A DNA stretch of 63,123 nucleotides, the filler included, from Mycoplasmatota bacterium (GTDB lineage Bacteria > Bacillota_I > Bacilli_A > RF39 > UBA660): the NCBI GenBank assembly GCA_012727915.1. It is 12 parts of 12 records of this genome, joined end to end, with 100 filler letters (N's around TTAATTAATTAA, not from the genome) between each part and the next. Parts side by side here need not be neighbours in the genome. Positions count along the whole stretch, not along the records: positions 12,316 to 21,839 come from JAAYGD010000063.1; positions 21,940 to 23,584 come from JAAYGD010000064.1; positions 23,685 to 28,698 come from JAAYGD010000065.1; positions 28,799 to 44,146 come from JAAYGD010000066.1; 8 more parts are not named here. One strand, written 5' to 3'. A model generated the notes under the pieces. The model was not told where the DNA came from and did no database searches. It was given only the letters and a program-made list of their open reading frames with translations. The position numbers and the translations under genes were made by a program. Of the stretch, positions 20,269 through 30,522 are shown in pieces (position 1 is the first letter of the stretch; every line of letters starts with the position of its first letter).

Positions 20269-20271
20269 TTC

Positions 20272-20289
20272 TTCATATTTCTATCACAT
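20272..20289 (+). promoter_or_regulatory. Putative OmpR-family response regulator box
   Basis: TTCATATTtcTATCACAT; 16/18 match to the copy at 21575. Confidence 0.55.
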
Positions 20290-20310
20290 TATTGTTATAT
20301 AAATAAGAGG

Positions 20311-20661
20311 GTGATGTTAATGAAATTATTAGTGGTTGATGATGATGCTAATATTAGAAACATAATTAAAGAATATGCATCGGTTGATAATCATAATATT
20401 ATTGAAGCTTATGATGGAATAAGTACTTTTAAAATGCTTAAAGAAAACGAAGTTGACTTAATAATATTAGATATAATGCTTCCTGATATGAGTGGGTATG
20501 AAATTGCTAGAAAGATATTGTTAGAAAGAAATATTCCTATATTAATGTTATCTGCTAAGAGTGAAATTGATGATAAATTAGAAGGTTTTGATTCTGGAGC
20601 TGTCGATTATATTACAAAACCTTTTAGTCCAAAAGAGTTAATAGCGAGATTAAAAGTATAA
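20311..20661 (+). pseudogene. OmpR-type response regulator, receiver domain only
   Basis: VVDDD, LDIMLP, DYITKPFS; stops at ARLKV where the linker to the wHTH should begin. Confidence 0.7.
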
Positions 20662-21571
20662 TCTATATGGTAATAAAATAGATGATTATTTTGTTGTATT
20701 TATTTCTAAATTAGATCCTATAGAATCTACTACGTCTATTATAGGAAGACAATTAATTTATGTTATGATAATATCAATTTTTATTGCGATATTTATATCA
20801 ATAAGATTATCTAAGAAATTATCTAAACCAATTATTTCTATTAATGAAAAATCTAAAGAATTAGGTAAAGGAAATTTTGATATTAAATTTGATGAGAATG
20901 AATATTTAGAATTACAAGAATTATCAAACACTTTAAATGAAACAACAAATAAATTAAAAGAAAAAGATAAACTTCAAAAAGAGATAATTTCTAATGTTAG
21001 TCATGACTTAAAAACACCTTTAACTATTATTAAAGGATATTCAGAAGTAATAAGAGATATAAAAAGTAGTAAAGAAAATAGAAATATAAAATTAAACAAT
21101 ATAATTAATGAAGTTGATAATTTAAATTTAATGATAAATAATTTGTTGGAAACATCTAAATTAGAAGTTGATAATTATTTAAAATTAGAAAAAACTGATA
21201 TATCTAAGGTAGTAGATAAAGTAATAAATAGATTGGATAAGATTATTAAAGATAAGAATATTGTAATAAATTATAGTAGTAATAAATTGATTTCTAATGT
21301 AGATAAAGATAAGATAGAACAAGTTATATATAATTTGTTAATAAACGCTATTAATCATGTAGGAAAAGATAATACTATAATAATTAATATTAATGATAAT
21401 ATATTAGAAATAACAGATCATGGTAAAGGAATAGAGGATACCACACATAATAGTAAAACATCTAATGGATTGGGTCTTTATATAGTAAAAACAATATTGG
21501 AAAAACATAATTTAGAGTATGGAGTAGAGAGCAAAAAAAATATATTTACAAAATTTTGGATAAAGTTTTAA
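20654..21571 (+). pseudogene. Sensor histidine kinase lacking its N-terminus (first ATG at 20765)
   Basis: TM, HAMP, SHDLKTPL, NLLINA, DHGKGI, GLGL; frame is open back to 20654 with no start or SD. Confidence 0.7.
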
Positions 21572-21574
21572 TAT

Positions 21575-21592
21575 TTCATATTCATATCACAT
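21575..21592 (+). promoter_or_regulatory. Second copy of the putative response regulator box
   Basis: TTCATATTcaTATCACAT upstream of a secreted-protein gene. Confidence 0.55.
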
Positions 21593-21629
21593 AGAGAATG
21601 TATTATTAATTTAGAAAGGAGGAAATATT

Positions 21630-21839
21630 ATGAAAAAAGTATACTTAATAGTAGCTGGTGTTCTAATATCTGCGCTTACAATTACAGCAGTTAATGCTGA
21701 GACTACAAGAACTCCTAATAATCCGAATAATACATTAGAGAATAAAGTACAAGTAATAGATCAAATGGTTAAAGATGGAGAACTTGATGCAGTTACAGCA
21801 AAAGAAATTAAAGAAGAATTAGAAAATTGTGATGGTACA
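21630..21839 (+). CDS. Secreted protein, DUF2680-like (3' truncated)
   Basis: Signal peptide ending AVNA; DQMVKDGEL...NCDGT. Confidence 0.6.
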
Positions 21840-21958
21840 NNNNNNNNNNNNNNNNNNNNNNNNNNNNNNNNNNNNNNNNNNNNTTAATTAATTAANNNNN
21901 NNNNNNNNNNNNNNNNNNNNNNNNNNNNNNNNNNNNNNNCATAATAAAGGAGAACTAA

Positions 21959-22471
21959 ATGGATTGGTTAGGAGTTAAAGAATTTATAAAAGATAGTTTT
22001 ATATATATACTTTTATGTTTATTAGTCATATTTATTGTGGTATATGTAGTTAGTTTTGGTCAAGTAATTGGCCCATCTATGAATAATACTTTAAACAATG
22101 GTAATATTATATTAGTATCTAAATTACATTCTAAGATATTAACTATCAAAAGAAATGATATTATTGCGTTTGATTATAGTGGTAATAAGTTTTTAATTAA
22201 AAGAGTAATTGGAATTGAAAATGATATAATATCTTTTAAAGATAATAAATTATATATAAATGATAAATTAGTAGAAGAAGATTATATTATTCCAATTGAA
22301 ATTAAAGATAAAACATATGATGTAGTGCCTAAAGATTCATATTTTGTAATGGGAGATAATAGAGGAGATTCATTAGATAGTAGAAATTTTGGATTTATTA
22401 AAAAGAGTGATATAATTGGAAAAGTATTATTTAGAATATTTCCATTTGATAAAATAGGAACTATTAAGTAG
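21959..22471 (+). CDS. lepB: Signal peptidase I
   Basis: GPSM, IKRVIG and MGDNRGDSLDSR motifs. Confidence 0.92.
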   Translation: MDWLGVKEFIKDSFIYILLCLLVIFIVVYVVSFGQVIGPSMNNTLNNGNIILVSKLHSKILTIKRNDIIAFDYSGNKFLIKRVIGIENDIISFKDNKLYINDKLVEEDYIIPIEIKDKTYDVVPKDSYFVMGDNRGDSLDSRNFGFIKKSDIIGKVLFRIFPFDKIGTIK

Positions 22472-22479
22472 GAGGTAAA

Positions 22480-22875
22480 ATGGCTTATATTAAGTTTAAA
22501 GAATTAACTCATTATTTTAATTTTAATACTAAATTAAGTGAAAAGAAGTTGCCAGAATATGTATATCAATATATATCTGAAGGTGAAAAAATTCTTGCGG
22601 TCTTTTCCACAATGAGAGATAAGGTTGTATTTACTGATAAAAAGTTAATCTTATTTGATTTAAAAGGTGTATTAGGATTTACTAAGAAGATAGAAATATA
22701 TCCTCATAATAGAATTTGTACATCCGCAATAGTATTTAATAAATCTTCTATTTACTTATTGTTTACATTTTTAAGTGGATATCAAACAAGGCTTAATTTT
22801 ATTAGATTAAGTCCAGAAGATAAGAAGGAATTAAGAGAATTGTATTATAAAATATATGAGAATATGGATAATTAA
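22480..22875 (+). CDS. Bacterial PH-domain protein
   Basis: RDKVVFTDKKLILFDLKG motif. Confidence 0.7.
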   Translation: MAYIKFKELTHYFNFNTKLSEKKLPEYVYQYISEGEKILAVFSTMRDKVVFTDKKLILFDLKGVLGFTKKIEIYPHNRICTSAIVFNKSSIYLLFTFLSGYQTRLNFIRLSPEDKKELRELYYKIYENMDN

Positions 22876-22964
22876 GACAATATTTTGTCTTTTTTATTTT
22901 ATATATGATATAATTTAGAGGAAATTTTATTAATTAGTTAAATAAAAATATTTAAGGAGGCTTT

Positions 22965-23584
22965 ATGAAGAAAAACTTAGTAATAGTTGAATCTCCCTCA
23001 AAGTCTAAAACTATAGAAAAATACTTAGGTAATGATTATAAAGTGGTTTCTAGTAAAGGACATATTAGAGATTTATCTACTAAAGGTAAACATGGATTTG
23101 GGGTTGAACTAGAAAATAATTTTAATCCTTTATATGAAATAATAAAGGGTAAGAAAAAAGAAGTATCAATATTAAAAAAAGATGTAGATAGTTCATCAAA
23201 GATATTTCTTGCGACTGACCCAGATAGAGAAGGGGAAGCAATTAGTTGGCATCTTAAAGATGAATTAAAATTAAAAGATGATGATTATGAAAGAGTTATA
23301 TTTAATGAGATTACTAAAGATGCAATTATAGAGGCATTTAAACGCCCTAGAAAGATAGATGATGCTTTGGTACATAGCCAAGAGACAAGAAGAATATTAG
23401 ATAGAATTATAGGCTTTAGATTGAGTAAATTAATGAGATCTAAAACTGGTGGAAAGAGTGCTGGAAGAGTACAAAGTGTAGCTTTAAAATTAATAGTAGA
23501 TAGAGAAGATGAAATAAAGAAATTTAAGAAGGAAGAATATTGGACTATAGATGCTATATTTAGTGATTTTAAAGCTAGATTAGA
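22965..23584 (+). CDS. topA: DNA topoisomerase I (3' truncated)
   Basis: LVIVESP, ATDPDREGEAI, SAGRVQS. Confidence 0.96.
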
Positions 23585-23869
23585 NNNNNNNNNNNNNNNN
23601 NNNNNNNNNNNNNNNNNNNNNNNNNNNNTTAATTAATTAANNNNNNNNNNNNNNNNNNNNNNNNNNNNNNNNNNNNNNNNNNNNATAAAAAAATAGCTAT
23701 TAGAGATTCGGAAAACATTAAAAATTCGGTATCTTGTTATACAATTACTAAGTTAGAACAATATCTTAAAAAAAAATTAAATATTGAAACTATTGATATA
23801 GATAATTATTGTATTAATAATAATCCTTGTATTAATTGTAAAGGAAAACAGGAATAAATCCTGTTTTTA

Positions 23870-24280
23870 TTATGGAATAGTTATTACACATGTTGCAAAG
23901 TTACTACTTACAATTATACTTTCTTGGCCTATATCTTTATAAGCACAAAAATCTTCTTTAAATAATGTAAAAATTACTTCTCCATCTTCAGTTATATGAA
24001 TTGTACCAGAATCAGGCAATTGGCCTTTTACATTTATTGAATCTCCTACAAAAACGTTGCTAACTATTGTGTATGTCTTCCCAGTTGAAGTAACCTCTAT
24101 TAATCCTTTATCATAATCTTTCATCAATTGATCCATAATTGTATTAGCCGAAGTTTTTAAAGCTGCCTTTTTAGATTCATCTATTGAATCTAACATTCTT
24201 GGAGCTGCTATAGTAAATATTATTGCGAGTAATATTAATACTGCAAGAACTTCAACTAGAGTATAACCATTTCTTTTCAT
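23870..24280 (-). CDS. Type IV pilin/pseudopilin-like protein
   Basis: Class III signal G|YTLVEVLAV. Confidence 0.8.
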   Translation of the reverse strand: MKRNGYTLVEVLAVLILLAIIFTIAAPRMLDSIDESKKAALKTSANTIMDQLMKDYDKGLIEVTSTGKTYTIVSNVFVGDSINVKGQLPDSGTIHITEDGEVIFTLFKEDFCAYKDIGQESIIVSSNFATCVITIP

Positions 24281-24283
24281 ATT

Positions 24284-26374
24284 TTACCTCAATTTAACTA
24301 TTAATTTTTTATCAATTAACTTTTGCTCATAAACATAACCTGTTCCAACATATTCTAATTCTAATTTTAACATATTTGATAAAATATTAACATCCTTTAA
24401 TGATAATCCTATTAAATTTGGTATATTTAATTCTTTATAATTAGTTATTAAAAATATAGTATTTAAAGCATTAATTTCAATACCACTATTAGGATATTGA
24501 TTTATTATTTTATCCCCATCACCAATTACATAAATATTTTTAAACTTTTCTTTTAATATATCTATTGATGAAAAACTCTCATTTAATAAATTAGGCATTG
24601 TATAATTTGATATTGTTTGATCTTCAGTTAATTCTTTATACATACCTTTATAATTAGATATATCTTTTATCAATCTTTTTGTTGTTGAAGCCATTCCTGA
24701 ACCTAAAGTAACAGGATCCTTCATAGCAAAATATATTATTATTTCCGGATCATCTTTAGGAAACATTCCAATAAAACTTCTAATATTTCTACCAGTTCCG
24801 TTTTCATACCTTCCTGTCTTTGAATTTATATATTGAGCAGTTCCGGTTTTTCCAATAATGTCATAGCCCTCTATTTTATATGAGGTTCCAGTTGCTCTTT
24901 CAGGTAAATCATTTACTACATTAAACATCAATTCCTTAATTTTTTCTATTGTTTCTTTACTAGCAACTTCTCCTATTTCTTCCCTTTTTCCTTCAAATAC
25001 TACTTTATTTTCATTATTAGTTATTTCTTTAATAATATAAGGTTTTAACATAATTCCATCGTTTGCTATTGAAGAAACTGCTTGAAGCATTTGAATTGGT
25101 GTTGTAGTAATACCTTGACCAAATCCTGCATTTGCTATTTCTATTGGATAGTTAAAATCAATTTCACCACTATATTCATGTGGTAAAGTAATACCAGTTT
25201 TCTTACCAAATCCCAATTTAGAAAAATAATCTCTTAATTCTCCACCAGTTATTTTACTTCTTGTTAAATAAGATACTCCTACATTAGAAGAAAGTGAAAA
25301 TCCTAAATCATAATTAATTGTTCCCCATCCAACATCATTCCAATCCTTTATTTTATCTTTGGTATTGCTAAAACTAATACTACCAGATTTAAAAGTTTCT
25401 TTTCCATTATAATTTCCTTTTTCTAGTACAGACATATATGTAAAAATCTTCATGGTTGAACCAGGTTCAAATGTATAAGAAATTAATGGATTTAAATAAT
25501 TCTTAATATTTTTTGTATTAGGATTAAATGTTGGATATGAAGTGGTTCCTAAAATAGCACCAGTTTTAGCATCCATTACTGCAGTTATTAACCATTCGGG
25601 TTTATTAGTTTCAAAAGACTCTTTAGATATTGTTTCCACAAAATATTGAATATTATTATCTATTGTTAAATTTATATCTACTCCATCAATGCTTGGTTTA
25701 ATTATTTCTTGAGTATTTGGTAACTTATATCCATAAAGATCTTTTTGAAATTCATGAGAACCATCTATTCCCTTTAAATCTTTATTATAGTATTGTTCAA
25801 TTCCCATTTCTCCTACCATTACACCATCTTTATCTTGAACATATCCTAAAACATAAGATAAAAATGTATCATTAGGATAATATCTTTTTCTTGACATAGT
25901 AAAAGATATACCAGGAAGCTTTAATTCTTCTATTTTTTCTTTTGTTACTTCAGTTATTCCTCTTCCTCCTGGGCCCAATTCTACTTGATAAGCTTTTCTA
26001 TTTAATAAAGATAATATGCTTTTTTCAGTCATATTTATTATTGGAGATAATTTTTTTGCAGTATCTTCTTTATCTACAACATGTCTTAATATTTTTTCTG
26101 TACTTCTAGAAGGTTCAAGAAACGCAATTACGGTATATGAATTAACTGTTTGCGCTAAGACATTATTTGAATTATCATAAATATTACCTCTTTTAGCATA
26201 TATAATATTTTTTGTAGTATTTCTATTGTTTGCAAATTTTTCTAAATTCATATCATCTACTTTTACTGATAGCGCTAAATAACTTAATCTAATTATTGCA
26301 ACAATAAAAAAAAGAAATAAACTTATAATTACAATTTTATTAATTATTACCTTATTATCTCTTTCTTTTTTCAT
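24284..26374 (-). CDS. Class B penicillin-binding protein with PASTA domains (PBP2X/FtsI type)
   Basis: EPGSTMK (SxxK), SSN and KTGT motifs; dcw cluster position. Confidence 0.92.
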   Translation of the reverse strand: MKKERDNKVIINKIVIISLFLFFIVAIIRLSYLALSVKVDDMNLEKFANNRNTTKNIIYAKRGNIYDNSNNVLAQTVNSYTVIAFLEPSRSTEKILRHVVDKEDTAKKLSPIINMTEKSILSLLNRKAYQVELGPGGRGITEVTKEKIEELKLPGISFTMSRKRYYPNDTFLSYVLGYVQDKDGVMVGEMGIEQYYNKDLKGIDGSHEFQKDLYGYKLPNTQEIIKPSIDGVDINLTIDNNIQYFVETISKESFETNKPEWLITAVMDAKTGAILGTTSYPTFNPNTKNIKNYLNPLISYTFEPGSTMKIFTYMSVLEKGNYNGKETFKSGSISFSNTKDKIKDWNDVGWGTINYDLGFSLSSNVGVSYLTRSKITGGELRDYFSKLGFGKKTGITLPHEYSGEIDFNYPIEIANAGFGQGITTTPIQMLQAVSSIANDGIMLKPYIIKEITNNENKVVFEGKREEIGEVASKETIEKIKELMFNVVNDLPERATGTSYKIEGYDIIGKTGTAQYINSKTGRYENGTGRNIRSFIGMFPKDDPEIIIYFAMKDPVTLGSGMASTTKRLIKDISNYKGMYKELTEDQTISNYTMPNLLNESFSSIDILKEKFKNIYVIGDGDKIINQYPNSGIEINALNTIFLITNYKELNIPNLIGLSLKDVNILSNMLKLELEYVGTGYVYEQKLIDKKLIVKLR

Positions 26375-26383
26375 TATAACCCT

Positions 26384-26659
26384 CTATTTTTTTGATATTA
26401 CTTTAATATTAGTACTATTATAACCTAATCCTTCATTTTCAATAGCATCCGATATATTTGCTAATGATTTTAATTCATCAATTTTCATAGATAATGATTC
26501 TATCTTATTCTCTTCTTTAGTAATTTCTCTTTTTAAAGCTTCTACTTCTATATTAACATCCGATAAAGAAGATTTCAATAATAAAAATAATATTGGAAAT
26601 ACAATCATAGATATTAAACAAGTTCCAGTTATTAATTTAGAAAATTTTAACTTTTTCAT
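26384..26659 (-). CDS. ftsL: Cell division protein FtsL
   Basis: One TM plus coiled coil; lies between rsmH and pbp. Confidence 0.75.
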   Translation of the reverse strand: MKKLKFSKLITGTCLISMIVFPILFLLLKSSLSDVNIEVEALKREITKEENKIESLSMKIDELKSLANISDAIENEGLGYNSTNIKVISKK

Positions 26660-26663
26660 ATTA

Positions 26664-27569
26664 TTAAAGCCTTTCTATTATTCTTAAAGTAGAACTCTTT
26701 GATCTACTATTATTACTTAATTCTTCTTTACTGGGATAAATTCTATCTATTATTTTTATTATTGGTTTATATTCATCAGGTATTTCAGGTAATCCTTTAA
26801 CTATTTTATTTACTTCACTATATTTTTTAAATATTTTTTTTACTATTTTATCTTCTAAAGAGTGAAAAGTAATAACACATAGTCTTCCATGCGTTTTAAG
26901 CATATTTATTGAATCTTCTATTGCTCTTTCTATTTCATTTAATTCATTATTAACTTCTATCCTAATAGCTTGAAATATTCTTTTTACAGTATCTTTAGAC
27001 TCTTTAGGAATAGATTTATTTATTATTTTAACTAATTCTAATGTCGTTTCTATTGATTTCTTATCTCTATAATCACATATTTTTTTGGCAATATTTTTAG
27101 AGTATCTTTCTTCTCCATAATTGAAAAAAATATCTATTAATTTTTCATATGAATAATTATTTACTACATAGTGAGCATCCAATGATTGATTTTTATCCAT
27201 TCTCATGTCTAATCTATAATCATTCATATAACTGAATCCTCTTTCAACTACATCTATTTGAGGACTAGATACTCCTAAATCAAATATTATTCCATCTACT
27301 TTATCTATATTTCTTTGATACATTTCATCTTTTAACAATGAAAAACTAGTATTAATTAATTCAAAATTATTGCTAATTTTACTCAATCTTTCATTACTAA
27401 ATTTTATAGCATCAATATCTTTATCAAAGGCAAAAAGCCAACCCCTTTTTATTCTTTTTAGTATAGCTTCGCCATGACCACCATAACCTAAAGTACAATC
27501 AATATAAATTCCATCTTCCCTTATGTTTAAATTTTCTATTGTTTCATCAAGTAGTACACTTCTATGCAT
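26664..27569 (-). CDS. rsmH: 16S rRNA m4C1402 methyltransferase
   Basis: [24 protein letters not shown]. Confidence 0.95.
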   Translation of the reverse strand: MHRSVLLDETIENLNIREDGIYIDCTLGYGGHGEAILKRIKRGWLFAFDKDIDAIKFSNERLSKISNNFELINTSFSLLKDEMYQRNIDKVDGIIFDLGVSSPQIDVVERGFSYMNDYRLDMRMDKNQSLDAHYVVNNYSYEKLIDIFFNYGEERYSKNIAKKICDYRDKKSIETTLELVKIINKSIPKESKDTVKRIFQAIRIEVNNELNEIERAIEDSINMLKTHGRLCVITFHSLEDKIVKKIFKKYSEVNKIVKGLPEIPDEYKPIIKIIDRIYPSKEELSNNSRSKSSTLRIIERL

Positions 27570-27999
27570 AAGGATTACTTTCAAATAAGTTTTCAGCTAT
27601 ATCTGATAAGTTTTCAATGTTATCTTTTAGGAATTTATCAAAATTATCTTTAGACCATATTTCTATGCGGTCATTTACGCCGATTACAACACATTCTTTT
27701 GTTAAACCGGCGTAACCCGCTAGTGGAGAGGTAATATTGATTCGACCTTGTTTGTCGAATTCACATTCAGTGGCACCTGATAGAAAGAATCTTTGAAATG
27801 ATCTAACATCTTTTTTAGTAAAAGATAGTTCATTCAATTGAGATATAATTTTAGTCCATTCATTTTTAGGATATACAAATAAACATGAATCAATTCCCCT
27901 AGTAATGATGAACTTTTCGCCCAAATCATATCTGAATTTAGATGGGATAATCATGCGTCCTTTTTCATCAATATTATGATGATATTCGCCCATAAACAT
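27562..27999 (-). CDS. mraZ: Division/cell wall cluster repressor MraZ
   Basis: MFMGEY, DEKGR and DKQGR; start set at 27999. Confidence 0.95.
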   Translation of the reverse strand: MFMGEYHHNIDEKGRMIIPSKFRYDLGEKFIITRGIDSCLFVYPKNEWTKIISQLNELSFTKKDVRSFQRFFLSGATECEFDKQGRINITSPLAGYAGLTKECVVIGVNDRIEIWSKDNFDKFLKDNIENLSDIAENLFESNPYA

Positions 28000-28008
28000 A
28001 TTAATCCC

Positions 28009-28042
28009 CCACTTTCTACCACTATGTTCCACTTACTACCAC
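28009..28042 (-). promoter_or_regulatory. MraZ binding boxes
   Basis: Four GTGG repeats at exact 10-nt period upstream of mraZ. Confidence 0.8.
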
Positions 28043-28126
28043 AATAGTACAACAAAAAAACTATCTTGTAAATAGTTTTTTTAATATTATTATATTTAAT
28101 TTTGTAAACCGTAAATTATTGTATAC

Positions 28127-28698
28127 TTAGTATCTTGTTACCCTATTGCTCCAAGCACTATAATAATTTGATGGAAAATTAATTACTTGTCTAGGGTTAA
28201 TTAATCTTGCTTTATAATCATTATAAGTCCAATAATCTTTATATCTAAGTCCATAAGCTATAGATAAATGTAAGTGAGCTCCTGTTGTACAAGTATCACC
28301 CGTTCCTTTTTGTCCACCCATTTTACCAATTAAAGTATCTTTGGATACAAATTGACCTTCGGACACCAAGATTTGGCTTAAATGTAAGTAAGCTGAAGTA
28401 TATTTTTTCCCATTAATATTATGATGAACATACACTTGATTTCCACCACAATTAGTCCAAAATTTCTTTACCACTACTCCATTAGCTACCGCAAGTACAT
28501 TGGCACCAACTCCAGAAGAATTAGACATATCTATTCCACTATGAAACTTATCTTTTTTATCAATCGGATGATACCTATTACCAAAATTACTAGTAACGTA
28601 ACCATTTGAACAATTAATTCGTCATTGTATTCTGCTATTTGTTCTGTAATAGAAAATCTATATATAAAATCCTCTATAGTTTCAGCACCAAATATATA
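28127..28698 (-). pseudogene. PcsB/CwlO-type coiled coil plus M23 peptidase with out-of-frame junction (~28605), 5' truncated
   Basis: Frame 1 YIFGAETIEDFIYRF...ELIVQM; frame 2 GYVTSNFG...HSGID...YLHL...HLH. Confidence 0.65.
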
Positions 28699-28798
28699 NN
28701 NNNNNNNNNNNNNNNNNNNNNNNNNNNNNNNNNNNNNNNNNNTTAATTAATTAANNNNNNNNNNNNNNNNNNNNNNNNNNNNNNNNNNNNNNNNNNNN

Positions 28799-29305
28799 AT
28801 GCTACAGTAACTAAAGTAACAGAATACCAAAGGAATACATGTACTCTATACTGTGCATCATCAGCTTGTACTTGTGCGGGATACGATAGATAGTGGAGCA
28901 GTAACTTATCCTTCATCTTGTACTGCAGTAGGATCTGGAGGAGCATCATATACAACTTGTAGCGTCAATGCCTATCGATGTGATTGTAGTTGTGCAGTAC
29001 CATCTGACACTTGGACAACAACTTGGTGTGGTACTCAGCCTTGTAATCAAGCTCGCTGTCTTGCGAAAAATGGTTGTACAGCTGGTATTGGTGTCAGTGG
29101 AACTTACAATGTTGTAACGTATAAAAAGACAGTATATAGTTGTACATCGTGGAATAGTTGCTCAGCCTGTGGTACTTGCGAAACTTGGAATACATGTGCA
29201 GCATGTGGATGTGAAACATGGGGAGGATGGACAGGATGGTCTACAACGGTTTGTACAGCAGCAGCAAATCAAGTACAATGTAAAACAAGAGACATTTATA
29301 ATTAA
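28799..29305 (+). CDS. C-terminus of a very Cys-rich extracellular protein with a 4-nt frameshift near 28885
   Basis: Frame A ...TCTLYCASSACTCAGYDR*; frame B SGAVTYPSSC...WGGWTGWSTTVC...CKTRDIYN*. Confidence 0.6.
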
Positions 29306-29360
29306 TAATTAAAAGATAGATTATTCTATCTTTTTTTGTTATAATAAATATGGTGATAAT

Positions 29361-30254
29361 ATGAAGGTCTTATGTATTGGAAATGCTGCTTATGATATAA
29401 CATATTCAATGGATGATTATCCAATTGAAAACTTTAAATATAGAATGAAAAATAAATATGTTGGTGGTGGAGGTCCTTCTTCTAATGCAGCATATTTACT
29501 TGGAAAATGGGGTGCAAAAACTTATTTTGCGGGTGCTGTAGGTGATGATACTTTAGGTAAAAAGATAATAAAGGAATTTAAATCTGTAGGTGTATCTACT
29601 AAATATATTGAAATAGATAGAGGAAGAGATACTACTTTAGCGTTTATTCTTCTTAATGAATCAAAGGGTAGTAGAACAGTATTTACATATAGAGAAGATA
29701 CTTTAGTATTGGATAAAAAAATTAAAGAGAAATTTGATTATATTTTGATGGATGGCCAAGAGTATGAAGCTAGTATGTTTGTACTCGATAAAAATCCAAA
29801 TGCTATTAGTATTATAGATGCTGGAAGAGCTACTGAAAAAGTTATTGAATTATGTAAAAAAGTTACTTATGTAGTTTGTTCTAAGAAATTCGCGGAAGAT
29901 TATACTAAGATGCAAATAGATATAAATAACAATGAATCGATGAATCAAGTATTAGATTTAATGCTTAAAGACTTTAAAAACGTAGTTATAACTTTGGAAG
30001 AATCTGGTTCAATATATAAAAAGGATGGAATATTAAATTATGTTCCAAGTATAAAAGTAGAAGTTAAGGATTCTACTGGAGCCGGTGATTTATTTCATGG
30101 AGCATTTACTTATTTTTTAGTAAATGGTTATCCATTTGAAAGAATAATAAAATTATCCAATATAACTGGTGCTTTATCGGTTACTAAGATTGGAGGAAGG
30201 AATTCTGTACCGTCTTTAGGTGAGGTGCTTTTGGCTGAGAAAGAAAATGTTTAA
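29361..30254 (+). CDS. PfkB/ribokinase-family carbohydrate kinase
   Basis: GGGGPSSNAA and DSTGAGDLF motifs. Confidence 0.9.
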   Translation: MKVLCIGNAAYDITYSMDDYPIENFKYRMKNKYVGGGGPSSNAAYLLGKWGAKTYFAGAVGDDTLGKKIIKEFKSVGVSTKYIEIDRGRDTTLAFILLNESKGSRTVFTYREDTLVLDKKIKEKFDYILMDGQEYEASMFVLDKNPNAISIIDAGRATEKVIELCKKVTYVVCSKKFAEDYTKMQIDINNNESMNQVLDLMLKDFKNVVITLEESGSIYKKDGILNYVPSIKVEVKDSTGAGDLFHGAFTYFLVNGYPFERIIKLSNITGALSVTKIGGRNSVPSLGEVLLAEKENV

Positions 30255-30513
30255 TGATCTAATTACAACTAAAAATATACCTAAAATAGATCTTCATGGA
30301 GAAACTTCGGATATATCTGTGATATATTTAAAGAAGTTTATTTTGGAAAATTATAAGTTAAAAGTTAAATATTTTGTTGTTATTCATGGTATAGGAAAAG
30401 ATATAATAAGAAAAGCTATATATGAAGAATTAAATATAAACAAATTTGTGGAAGAATATAAAATGGATATGTATAATCCTGGATGTACTATTGTAAAATT
30501 AAAGCTACTTTAG
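30247..30513 (+). CDS. Smr/MutS2 C-terminal domain protein
   Basis: IDLHG, IHGIG and NPGCT motifs. Confidence 0.85.
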   Translation: MFNDLITTKNIPKIDLHGETSDISVIYLKKFILENYKLKVKYFVVIHGIGKDIIRKAIYEELNINKFVEEYKMDMYNPGCTIVKLKLL

Positions 30514-30522
30514 GAGGGTTTC

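Noticed and set aside
28009..28042. 10-nt periodic repeats as iterons or mini-CRISPR
   Set aside because: Explained by MraZ GTGG boxes upstream of mraZ
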